A stretch of 64,000 nt of DNA from Candidatus Woesearchaeota archaeon (GTDB lineage: Archaea > Nanobdellota > Nanobdellia > Woesearchaeales > GW2011-AR9), in the NCBI GenBank assembly GCA_018655525.1, contig JABIJM010000002.1, positions 29,827-93,826 on the forward strand, written 5' to 3'. Position numbers and translations under genes: made by a program. Below the pieces are notes generated by a model. That model ran no database searches, was not told the DNA's origin, and saw only the letters and a program-made list of their open reading frames with translations. Positions within the stretch are counted from its first letter, which is position 1; each line of letters opens with the position of its first letter. Of this stretch, positions 27,746 through 36,654 are shown in pieces.

Positions 27746-28162
27746 ATGAAACCATCACACACATACATTGACCATACGGCAGATGTCCTCTTCACAGCGG
27801 AAGCAGCAACATTAGAAGAACTTTTTGCAGAATGTGGGATCGCAGTTGAAGAAACACAAATCAATTTAGATGGTGTCTCGACAACAGAAACAAAAACATT
27901 CTCAGTAGAAGCAAAAGATCAAGAATCCTTATTATTTGAATTCTTAGATGAATTACTCTTTTACAAAGATGCAGAACAATTAATCTTTAAAGAATTTAAA
28001 ATTACAATTGAAGATAACAAATTAACCTGCGTAGCTAAAGGAGAAACTATCAACAGAGAAAAACATGAACAAAAAGTTGATGTTAAGGCAATCACCATGC
28101 ATCTGTTTGAATTAAAGAAAACCGATGAAGGTTGGTTTGCAAAAGTATTAATTGATATTTAA
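27746..28162 (+). CDS. Archease
   Basis: YIDHTADVLFTAEAATLEELF at the N-terminus and VKAITMH near the C-terminus; 138 aa. Confidence 0.85.
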   Translation: MKPSHTYIDHTADVLFTAEAATLEELFAECGIAVEETQINLDGVSTTETKTFSVEAKDQESLLFEFLDELLFYKDAEQLIFKEFKITIEDNKLTCVAKGETINREKHEQKVDVKAITMHLFELKKTDEGWFAKVLIDI

Positions 28163-28587
28163 GACCCTGACACGCCTGATTGCCATAATGCTGATTCTGC
28201 CATACAAATAATTGTTCGTACTTTTTGATAATTGTTAATTATATCCTGTGCAGTTGCTAATTCTGCAAGTGTCATCCATTTATGGGTTTCATATTTCTTT
28301 GTAAGTCTTGGTTCTCCATCTTGGCATGTCAAAACATATACATCTATTTCTTTTGGAATACCATCATAATTTTGATCTGTTAGGACCATATTTAACCGAC
28401 ATTCTAATCCTAAATCCTCTTGTGTCCCTAATAATCTATCTAATTGAGAATTTCTTCTAAAATTGCCTATGGGAATTTCCCATCTCCCTTTATCTTTTTT
28501 TTTAACAAATAAATAAGAGGAGATTACATCTTTTGTAAACTCATCTTTAACTTCGTCACGTACAAAAGCAGCATAAAATCTTGTCAT
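28159..28587 (-). CDS. Hypothetical protein, possible Nudix fold with a degenerate Nudix box
   Basis: RWEIPIGNFRRNSQLDRLLGTQEDLGLE loosely follows GX5EX7REUXEEXGU but lacks the key Glu residues. Confidence 0.3.
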   Translation of the reverse strand: MTRFYAAFVRDEVKDEFTKDVISSYLFVKKKDKGRWEIPIGNFRRNSQLDRLLGTQEDLGLECRLNMVLTDQNYDGIPKEIDVYVLTCQDGEPRLTKKYETHKWMTLAELATAQDIINNYQKVRTIICMAESALWQSGVSGS

Positions 28588-28667
28588 TCAAGTAAATTCT
28601 TCTTCTTTTTTAAAAACATTTTTAAAAAAAACTCAACTTTTTTAAATCACCTTGATTTCCATACAAT

Positions 28668-29042
28668 ATGACCTTATATTCAATCGCTGAAGAGATCCGT
28701 AGATGCACTTCATGCCTGCTTTGGAAATCACGTACTTTAGCAGTGCCCGGAGATGGAAAAGGCAAAATTATGGTTGTACTCCCACCTCCAACAGATGAAG
28801 AAGACCGTCTAGGGACATCTAAATTAAAATTAGAGAATGTATTCGTAACGCATATTACAAAATGTTACGGAAATACGACTAAAGAGTACCTTAAAACTTG
28901 TAAAGGCTTGTGGTTAGATAAACAAATTCAAGAATTACAACCAGAAAAAATAATCTTGGTTGGAAAAGAAGCACAATCAGTTGTCAAAGATAAAAGAGCA
29001 ATTAATTCTACTTTAGAAGATTTAGAAAATCATATTAATTAA
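28668..29042 (+). CDS. Truncated/degenerate family-4 uracil-DNA-glycosylase-like protein
   Basis: CTSCLLWKSRTLAVPGDG matches the family-4 N-terminus. The catalytic GEAPG block is replaced by LPPPT, the PFxGxxG block is missing, and the protein ends about 60-70 aa early, before the HPS block. Compare the intact paralog at 35996-36580. Confidence 0.5.
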   Translation: MTLYSIAEEIRRCTSCLLWKSRTLAVPGDGKGKIMVVLPPPTDEEDRLGTSKLKLENVFVTHITKCYGNTTKEYLKTCKGLWLDKQIQELQPEKIILVGKEAQSVVKDKRAINSTLEDLENHIN

Positions 29043-29415
29043 ACGGGCAACTTCCACACGCAAATTGAGCAGTTCCATTTCTCCGTCCACAACATGTTTT
29101 AACCTGTATTTGTTGACTGGCATTGTACAATGAACCTGAATCGTAACTTATTTGCATATTGGTTTCCACCTATTCTTTTCTTCTAAGAGGCTTGTAACTT
29201 TTGGTTTATGATACATTTGTACCTTTCTATATAAATCTTTGATCCATATTTTATGGGACATTTCTTCAACCATCTACCTTTATTGTTTTATGTTATTAAA
29301 TATATTTCGTAGAAAACTGAGACAAATAAATCATTTAATCCTCTTATTAGCATTCTCCTCACAAACGTTTCTTGACCCAAAGCTTTTTAAAAAGAATACA
29401 ATTCAACTCTTTGAT

Positions 29416-29526
29416 AGCGAGGTGGAGCAGCTAGGAGTGCTCGCTGGGCTCATAACCCAGAGGTCGGAGGAGGTCAATAAGATACGTTCTTGTGACTGCC
29501 GAATTCAAATCCTCCCTTCGCTACCA
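29416..29526 (+). tRNA. tRNA-Met (CAU), initiator-like, with a ~33-nt intron in the T-arm (about 29471-29503) and an encoded CCA
   Basis: Cloverleaf: AGCGAGG-UG-GAGC-AGCUAGGAGU-GCUC-G-CUGGG-CUCAUAA-CCCAG-AGGUC-GGAGG-[intron]-UUCAAAU-CCUCC-CUUCGCU-A-CCA. An A1:U72 pair and three G:C pairs closing the anticodon stem are initiator hallmarks. Confidence 0.8.
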
Positions 29527-30219
29527 TTTTATTCTTTTATTATCTTTATTTTTTTCTTTCCAAATCCTAATTTTTTCAAGATTCTTTGGTTGATTTGTAC
29601 CAATAACATCTAACCATTTGATTAATTGGTGATGGCCATTCATTTCAATTCTATTAATTATACTAAATCCTTTTTTAAAACGATTATCATTAAATCTCAC
29701 ATCAAAGAACCTATTAACTTTAAACCCATTTTCTTCTAAAATTAATGAAATCTCTCTCATGAATTCTTTACACTTTGAAGAACCAGAGATCACGGGATAT
29801 TTTCCGTATCTAAGAACAATTGAAAAATCAGTATCCGCAACGCCCTTAATAAACTTAAAAAGCAATTTTCTATCAGAATAAAATATTTTTGGTATTCTAA
29901 GTGAATTTTTTGGACTTTTGGTAAGCCCTATTTCATTTAAAAGAAATTCAACAAGATTTTTAGAATACACATTTACCCCATAAGTTCCTTTTGAAAATAA
30001 TTGTGGTTTTACTGAAATATTAAATAACTCTTTAAATAAATTTTTGATAGTTCTGTTGTAAAACTCCTTTTCATCTTTTGGATTTCCTCCACAATTGACA
30101 AGGTATTCCTTTTTATGTTCTCGTATTTGGATGTATCCATCTCCAGCAAGAATTCCGCACAGATAAGCAAGATTCTCACTGAGTTTAGGGATCTTGATTT
30201 TTTTTGCTTTTCTCATCAA
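29521..30219 (-). mobile_element. Free-standing double-motif LAGLIDADG homing-endonuclease-like ORF (232 aa)
   Basis: LAYLCGILAGDGYIQI (motif 1) and LFKFIKGVADTDFSI (motif 2, degenerate G->F). The stop codon overlaps the 3' end of tRNA-Met on the opposite strand. Confidence 0.65.
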
Positions 30220-30323
30220 TTAATTATTGAGATAAGTAATATAAAAATGTTAGCCGAACTTGTCGAGTGTGTCCAGTGCTCAAATTAAAAACATTTATAA
30301 ACAAAATCTCTTTACTAAACATC

Positions 30324-31265
30324 ATGAAAAAGGGGAGAGGACGGAAAAGCAGTAGTAATAAGGCTATTCTAATCTCTTTAATTATTTTTGTCTGTCTTTT
30401 TATTATTGGAGTCCCACTTGCAATTGTCACATTCTCATTAAACACACTTCCTACTTCTTCCGTAAATATTGCAGTGATTCCAATTGAAGGTATAATAACC
30501 GGAAATGGAGATTCTGGATTAGGACAACAAGGAGTTTCTTCACAACAAATCATTGAATTTATTCAACAAGCTAATGGTGATTATACTATTGATGGTATTA
30601 TTTTAGAGATTAATTCTCCTGGAGGATCAGCAGTTGCGTCGGATGAAATTGGATCTGCTGTAAAACATTCAGAAATCCCTGTGATCTCAGTAATTAGAGA
30701 AGCAGGAGCATCAGGAGGATATTGGATTGCCTCATCTACAGATTACATCATTGCAAATCGTATGTCTATTACAGGAAGTATTGGTGTGATCTCTTCATAC
30801 TTAGAATTTTCAGGTTTAATGAATGAATATGGTGTTGGTTATGAACGTCTCGTTTCAGGAGAACTTAAAGATCTCGGAACACCTTTCAAAAAATTAAAAC
30901 AAAATGAACAACAAATCTTACAGAAAAAGATTGATGTTATTCATAATTATTTTGTAGAAGAAGTTTCAGTCAATAGAAATCTTCCAAAAGAGAAAGTTGA
31001 AAAAATTGCTACAGGAGAATTTTATCTTGGTGTTGAAGCCTTAAACCTTGGTTTAATAGATCAACTTGGTGATATGGAAACAGCAAAAGATTATTACGCA
31101 TATCTTTATGAAGTAGATGAAGTGGATTTAGTCTCTTTTAAAACAGATCCTTCTTTGTTTGACATTCTTGCAGGTATCTCTCAAGATTTTTCTTATAACA
31201 TGGGGCAAGGTATTGGATCAATGTTCACTCAATCATCTTCCTCCTCTGAACTATTATTAAAATGA
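30324..31265 (+). CDS. sppA: Signal peptide peptidase SppA (S49, 36K type)
   Basis: N-terminal TM, LEINSPGGSAVASDEI and EAGASGGYWIAS. The start is taken at MKKGRG (30324). Confidence 0.85.
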   Translation: MKKGRGRKSSSNKAILISLIIFVCLFIIGVPLAIVTFSLNTLPTSSVNIAVIPIEGIITGNGDSGLGQQGVSSQQIIEFIQQANGDYTIDGIILEINSPGGSAVASDEIGSAVKHSEIPVISVIREAGASGGYWIASSTDYIIANRMSITGSIGVISSYLEFSGLMNEYGVGYERLVSGELKDLGTPFKKLKQNEQQILQKKIDVIHNYFVEEVSVNRNLPKEKVEKIATGEFYLGVEALNLGLIDQLGDMETAKDYYAYLYEVDEVDLVSFKTDPSLFDILAGISQDFSYNMGQGIGSMFTQSSSSSELLLK

Positions 31266-34200
31266 AAAAGTATCTCTTAATCTTAGTATTCGTTTTACTA
31301 GTTTCTTCTGTTTATGCAGCTGACGTAGATCAAGAAATCTTTCAAGAATTAAACGATAATGAAACAGTTTCAGTGATCGTAGTATTAAAAGATAACACGC
31401 AAACAATCTCTCCAGACTTAGAAGATAGAAAAGAAGCAATCGAAGAAACGCAAGATGATGTCCTTGATGACCTCCTTCTTGAAAATAAAAAAGGAATTCT
31501 CGGAATTAATAATAAAGAACAAGAATTTGAATTAGAAAGGAAATATGAAATTACAAATGCATTTGCAGGAGAAGTAACGGAAGAAGGATTAGATAAATTG
31601 AAAGACAATCCAAATGTAGAAAAAATCTTTTATAATCATATTTTACATCCAACATTAACATCAAGTCTCCCACAAATTAATGCAGATGATACCCAAAATC
31701 TTTCAATCTCTAATTCAAATATTACAGGTGCAGGTGAAACCATTTGTGTTATTGATACCGGTATTGATACGGACCATACAGCATTTTCTGGTAGAATTTT
31801 AGATCAATATTGTTATTGTTCTGTAACAGACCTAGGTTCTGGTGGATGTTGTAATGATAATACCACAGAAGGAAGTACTGCAGAAGATGATCAAGGTCAT
31901 GGAACGCATGTTGCAGGAATCGCGGCAGGAAATGATTCAACATATCGTGGATTAGCATATGAAGCGGGAATCGTATCAATCAAAGTTTGTGATAATGCAG
32001 GATCTGCATCTTGTGGTACTGCTGATGTTATCTCTGCAATTGAAAGATGTACAAACAATGCTTCTGTTTATAACATCTCAGTCATCCATATGAGTCTTGG
32101 TGGCGGTGGACCTTACAATTCATTCTGCCCTGGAGATTCTGTTGCTGCTTCAATTAATGCCGCATATGCTGCAAACATTAATGTTGTTGTTTCATCCGGA
32201 AACAATGGATTTACAAACGGTATCTCAAGCCCTTCATGTATAGAAAATGCAACCCCTGTTGGTGCAGTAAATGACGCAGATAGTACTATTTACAATCGTG
32301 GAGATATATTAAAAATTCTTGCTCCTGGTGCTACCATTACATCTCCCTATCGTGGAGGTGGGACGGCTTCATTATCAGGGACATCAATGTCAGCACCACA
32401 TGTCTCAGGAGCGATTTTATTAATGCATCACTATTGGGATCTTGCGTATAATATTACACCTCTTCCAGATTTTATTGAAAATAAGTTAGCAATCACAGGT
32501 GTGAATATTGATGATGAAAGTAATTCTGGAAATAATTATTCCCGTCTTGATGTTTTAGCATTAGTTCAGCCATATCTTAATTATACGACTGATAACCCTT
32601 CAAACAATGCAGTTCTAAACACGACTTCAACAACGATTAATATCACTTCTGATGTCAATTTAACATCGGCATTATTGGAATGGAATTATAGTAACGGAAC
32701 TGTACGTAATATTACCATGACACAAAATAATGAAACCAATTGGCAATATGCTATTTCTGATTTAGCAATTAATAATTTCTCCTACAAAGTTTATGGAAAT
32801 GATTCTGCAAATCATTTTGGAATCTCTGATGAAAGATACATTCAAGTAGATAGCTCAATCCCTGTTATCACTTTTACAACACCTTCAAATAATTCTTTTC
32901 ATAATGCATTAATTACATTAAACATCACTGTAACAAACACACAACTTGATGAATCTTATTATAATATTACAAATGAATCAAATGATCTTGTAGATTCAAA
33001 TATTAATACATCCATTGGTGTAGCAACATATAATTGGGTAGACGATATTAATTTTTCAAATACAACATTTCCAGATGGAAATTATTCTCTTAATATTTAT
33101 GCAAATGATACAGTAGGTAACATTGCGACAGATTCAATAAACATAACGGTTGATAAAACAAATCCTAGCTTGTCAAATTTTAATGTTTCACCAACAACAA
33201 TTAATGTAAATAGCACCATCACCTTTTCTGTGAACATTACAGATGCCTATCTAAATACTTCATCAATTTATATTCAATCAAACTTTTCTGGTTCTGATGT
33301 AAACTATTCTTTAGTTCTTGAATCTGGTGATAAATACAATTTTACTTTCAATGGAACAAACAACCTTTCTAACCAAGAAAATGTAAGTTACGTTTTTCAT
33401 GCAATGGATAATGCTGGAAACCTTAATACCTCAGACACCTATAGTTTCTTTGTAGATAATAGAAACATCTCTCTTGCAAATATTACAGCTCCAGCAAACA
33501 ATACTGTTCTAGAATCAGGAAATGCAACAACCTTTTCTGTAACTGCAACAGATCCTGATAGTGATACTTTAACATACTCCTGGGAATTTGGTGATGGAAC
33601 AACATCAACATCCCAGAACCCTTCAAAGACATTTAACAATTCTGCAACATATACCGCTTATGTAAATGTTTCAGATTCTTATGGTTCTGTCAATACAACA
33701 AGTGTAACAATAGTTATTAATGACACCACTGCTCCAACAACATCATCAATCACTTATGAATCTGAATTACATATTGAAAGTGAAGGTGCTGATTATTTTG
33801 TAAATGGGTCATTCTTTGATTATTCAGGAATATTTAACTCTAGTTTATTTTACAATGATACTACACAAACAGACTCATGTGTAGATAGCAATACCTCTTG
33901 GGTTTGTACATGGAACCTTACAAATTTAACCGTTGGAAGTTATTCTTTTACAACTAATGTTACCGACAACTTTTCAACAAAACACACTAACTCTACTACG
34001 TATTCATTTACTGTAACCTCTTGTTCTGATAGTACAGAGAATGGTGATGAATCAGGAACTGATTGTGGAGGTTCATGCTCCGCAGCATGTGCTGTTGCTG
34101 AGTCAGGTGGTTCTGGAGGATCAGGAGGAGGCTCCGGTGGTGGCGGAGGAGGTGGCGGTGGCGCTATCTCAACATCTTCAGATATAGAATCAAGTTCAGA

Positions 34201-34921
34201 TACCTCTAGTTCAACTTCAACCTCTGGAGGAGGAGTTTCAACTGCTCTTTCAACTGAAATCCTTTCAACTGTAGGTGATGAATTAGGAACATCAAAACTT
34301 AATGTAATTGAAGAAGGAAAATCTAGTGGGTCTTCAGCAGAACTTTCTGCAGTAACTTCTGCAATTGATGCAGTTAAAGATAAAGAAAGTAAAAAAATCG
34401 TAGAAGAAATCCAACGTACAGTTGAAAAGAAATTAGTAAATAAGTTAGATGTTTCAAAAAGTCTTGTAACTTATCGTGTTGAAGATCCTGTAACAAAGAA
34501 CGCAATTTTCCGAAGTAAAACATATCTTACATTTACCGCATCTGAAGATTTATCAAATGTAAACATTATTGAAGTCATTCCGAAAGAAGTTGCAATGTAT
34601 GCATCTACCATTACTTTTCCAAATGAAAAACCCGTGATTCTTGAAGAAGATCCTGTAGTTCATTGGCACTTTGATTCAATTGCATCAGGAGAAACTAAAG
34701 AACTTTCATATATCGTAAAGAAGAAAGTTACTGAAATTACCTCTACAACCATTGGAACAACTCAAACAAAAAAATTAGAATCAGAATCTAAACCACTTGA
34801 TTTAACCTTCATTAAAGATATTGTTTCAAATAAAATTCTATGGATTGTTGTAGGAAGTATTCTGATAATTATTGCAATTATTTTTATTATTCTTAGATTT
34901 AGAAAAGAAGACGAATTTTAA
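31262..34921 (+). CDS. Membrane-anchored subtilisin-like serine protease (S8) with I9-like propeptide, Ig-like/PKD domains, Gly/Ser linker and C-terminal TM
   Basis: Signal peptide MKKYLLILVFVLLVSSVYA. Catalytic triad: VIDTGIDTDH, HGTHVAGI and GTSMSAPHVSG. It has a PKD-like TLTYSWEFGDGTTSTSQNPSKTF, a GGSGGSGGGSGGGGGGGGG linker, and a C-terminal ILWIVVGSILIIIAIIFIILRFRK anchor. It has an ATGA overlap with sppA. Confidence 0.9.
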   Translation: MKKYLLILVFVLLVSSVYAADVDQEIFQELNDNETVSVIVVLKDNTQTISPDLEDRKEAIEETQDDVLDDLLLENKKGILGINNKEQEFELERKYEITNAFAGEVTEEGLDKLKDNPNVEKIFYNHILHPTLTSSLPQINADDTQNLSISNSNITGAGETICVIDTGIDTDHTAFSGRILDQYCYCSVTDLGSGGCCNDNTTEGSTAEDDQGHGTHVAGIAAGNDSTYRGLAYEAGIVSIKVCDNAGSASCGTADVISAIERCTNNASVYNISVIHMSLGGGGPYNSFCPGDSVAASINAAYAANINVVVSSGNNGFTNGISSPSCIENATPVGAVNDADSTIYNRGDILKILAPGATITSPYRGGGTASLSGTSMSAPHVSGAILLMHHYWDLAYNITPLPDFIENKLAITGVNIDDESNSGNNYSRLDVLALVQPYLNYTTDNPSNNAVLNTTSTTINITSDVNLTSALLEWNYSNGTVRNITMTQNNETNWQYAISDLAINNFSYKVYGNDSANHFGISDERYIQVDSSIPVITFTTPSNNSFHNALITLNITVTNTQLDESYYNITNESNDLVDSNINTSIGVATYNWVDDINFSNTTFPDGNYSLNIYANDTVGNIATDSINITVDKTNPSLSNFNVSPTTINVNSTITFSVNITDAYLNTSSIYIQSNFSGSDVNYSLVLESGDKYNFTFNGTNNLSNQENVSYVFHAMDNAGNLNTSDTYSFFVDNRNISLANITAPANNTVLESGNATTFSVTATDPDSDTLTYSWEFGDGTTSTSQNPSKTFNNSATYTAYVNVSDSYGSVNTTSVTIVINDTTAPTTSSITYESELHIESEGADYFVNGSFFDYSGIFNSSLFYNDTTQTDSCVDSNTSWVCTWNLTNLTVGSYSFTTNVTDNFSTKHTNSTTYSFTVTSCSDSTENGDESGTDCGGSCSAACAVAESGGSGGSGGGSGGGGGGGGGAISTSSDIESSSDTSSSTSTSGGGVSTALSTEILSTVGDELGTSKLNVIEEGKSSGSSAELSAVTSAIDAVKDKESKKIVEEIQRTVEKKLVNKLDVSKSLVTYRVEDPVTKNAIFRSKTYLTFTASEDLSNVNIIEVIPKEVAMYASTITFPNEKPVILEEDPVVHWHFDSIASGETKELSYIVKKKVTEITSTTIGTTQTKKLESESKPLDLTFIKDIVSNKILWIVVGSILIIIAIIFIILRFRKEDEF

Positions 34922-34950
34922 GTCTACTATGTCAGGGAAAAAGTGTTTTT

Positions 34951-35030
34951 GTATACTGGCGCCCTGTCGGAGACGAGGTACACAAGGTAAACGAAGTTTA
35001 TCTTGTAGTATGTGCCGTGCCCCAGTGTAC
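34951..35030. repeat. GC-enriched hairpin element with GTATACT termini (copy 2); candidate small RNA
   Basis: GTATACTGG (34951-34959) pairs with CCAGTGTAC (35022-35030). Inner pairings are GGCGC/GTGCC and ACAAG/CTTGT. It is preceded by TTTTT and followed by a T7 run (35038-35044). The interior is far more GC-rich than the surrounding DNA. Confidence 0.45.
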
Positions 35031-35071
35031 TTATTTCTTTTTTTCCTGATATGGTATTTTAAGTCGTAATG

Positions 35072-35079
35072 TTTATAAA
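35072..35079 (+). promoter_or_regulatory. TATA box, 23 nt before the ATG at 35103
   Basis: GTTTATAAAAG. Confidence 0.55.
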
Positions 35080-35102
35080 AGAAATCTCTTGATGTTTTTT
35101 TA

Positions 35103-35999
35103 ATGGAAGCACCACTACATACAATACCTCAAAATTCTGATTTGTTAATTACAGGATATGAACCTATTATGGACAACTTACTTTTTGGAAAATATTTGAA
35201 CCCTGCACAATCTGATTTGCTTATTGTTCAAAAATTCAGAAAACCGGAACTTTCTGATATTTATGTCAACCTTTTACCTTTGATGGATCATATAGGAAAT
35301 CACCTTCCATCTAATCCTATCTCTAGAACAGAATTTTATCTTCGATGTCTGCATGATAGAAAACTTTATGATTTGAGAATGAAAGCAGAAAAAAGTCTCC
35401 AAGAAAGAAAAACCCATTCTATTGATGATACAACAGGAGATTTAACGTTATACATTAGAAAAGGAAGATTTCCTACAGATTTAGTTGATTCCATACAATC
35501 TTCAAGTAATCCACACCATTCACTAATTAGATATTTGCCTACGCAGATATATGATGAAGGTTGTGAAAAAAATTATCCTCTTAAAACTTGGGTTAATATT
35601 TTATTTAAACATGTTAATGAAAGAAGTCCAATATTTGGAGAACGTTGGTGTCGGACAATTTCTATTGAGAGAGGTTTTTTAACGGATGATAAACTCCTTC
35701 AAATAAGACAGAGAGGAAAAAAAGGGAAAAAAAGGACTCATATTGGAGATGTTGTTTCTTCATTAAGAATTATATTTGATGCTTTAAGAAAAAATCCTGA
35801 GGCTGTTAACTCTTTGGACGATATCTCACCTCTACTTCTTGCTGAAGAAACATTTGAATATGCTAAAAGACAAGCTGGACATTCAAAAGTTGATGTTAGA
35901 AATGAAATCAATAAGCAAAAACGATATCATCATTCTATTGGTGAGATTTGTTTATCTCCTTTAGAAAGACTTCATGGTGACGAATCTTTTTCAAATTAA
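35103..35999 (+). CDS. Hypothetical protein
   Basis: 298-aa ORF. TTTATAAA at 35072-35079 ends 23 nt upstream of the ATG. Confidence 0.5.
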   Translation: MEAPLHTIPQNSDLLITGYEPIMDNLLFGKYLNPAQSDLLIVQKFRKPELSDIYVNLLPLMDHIGNHLPSNPISRTEFYLRCLHDRKLYDLRMKAEKSLQERKTHSIDDTTGDLTLYIRKGRFPTDLVDSIQSSSNPHHSLIRYLPTQIYDEGCEKNYPLKTWVNILFKHVNERSPIFGERWCRTISIERGFLTDDKLLQIRQRGKKGKKRTHIGDVVSSLRIIFDALRKNPEAVNSLDDISPLLLAEETFEYAKRQAGHSKVDVRNEINKQKRYHHSIGEICLSPLERLHGDESFSN

Positions 36000-36580
36000 A
36001 ATTCACCTAGACTTTTCTGTGTTCTTTTAATATTAATATTCTCTGCAATGATAGAAAAATCATTTTTCATCTGCTGTAACATTTCAGGATTTCGTCCAGA
36101 ATATAAATATGATGCAGGATGTACGACTGGAATCACTTTAAACTCACCGTAGTTGAAGACTTTTCCTCTGATTGTCTTTATGCCCGTTTTTCCAATGATT
36201 CTATCAGTTGCAAAATTTCCAATTGTTACAATCACTTTTGGTTTCATTACTTTCAGAAGTTGATCTAACCTCTCTCTACAATTTTCCACTTCCACTTTTG
36301 AAGGATTTCTGTTATTAGGAGGACGGCATAGAATAGTATTTGTAATAAAAATGTCTTCTCTACTAAGATTAATAGATTGCAACAATTCTTCAAGAATCTT
36401 CCCAGACATTCCACAGAACGGAACACCATTTTTATCTTCATTTGCACCGGGTGCTTCTCCGATGAATAATACATCTGCATTCGGGTTCCCAGAACCAAAG
36501 ACAACTTGGATTCTTGTAGTGCAAAGTTCAGGACATTTCTTACATGTTGAGTAAAATTGTTTTAGTGTTTGGAACGGCAT
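35996..36580 (-). CDS. udg: Uracil-DNA glycosylase, family 4
   Basis: CKKCPELC...[49 protein letters not shown] and VVHPASYL. Confidence 0.85.
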   Translation of the reverse strand: MPFQTLKQFYSTCKKCPELCTTRIQVVFGSGNPNADVLFIGEAPGANEDKNGVPFCGMSGKILEELLQSINLSREDIFITNTILCRPPNNRNPSKVEVENCRERLDQLLKVMKPKVIVTIGNFATDRIIGKTGIKTIRGKVFNYGEFKVIPVVHPASYLYSGRNPEMLQQMKNDFSIIAENINIKRTQKSLGEF

Positions 36581-36622
36581 TTTAGTTATAGATCTTGATT
36601 ACTATTTAATTCTTCCAAAACA

Positions 36623-36630
36623 TTTATAAA
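36623..36630 (+). promoter_or_regulatory. TATA box for secE-spt5, 24 nt before the ATG at 36655
   Basis: CATTTATAAATAC. Confidence 0.55.
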
Positions 36631-36654
36631 TACTTCACATCATTTACTCGTATT

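Noticed and set aside
29239-29613. 124-aa plus-strand ORF.
   Set aside because: It runs straight through the tRNA-Met gene and the 3' end of the LAGLIDADG ORF. Its translation has no protein-like features.
30224-30553. 109-aa minus-strand ORF.
   Set aside because: It is antisense to the sppA 5' region and promoter, and is Cys/Ile/Phe-rich nonsense.
34104-34164. GC-rich island that looked like a possible RNA gene.
   Set aside because: It is in frame inside the subtilase ORF and encodes the poly-Gly/Ser linker.
34872-35069. 65-aa plus-strand ORF overlapping the subtilase stop.
   Set aside because: It spans the GC-rich hairpin element and a terminator-like T-run. A structural element is the better explanation.
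36265-36554. Two ORFs (36265-36504 on the minus strand, 36351-36554 on the plus strand) inside the UDG gene.
   Set aside because: They are off-frame or antisense to the motif-bearing UDG frame.
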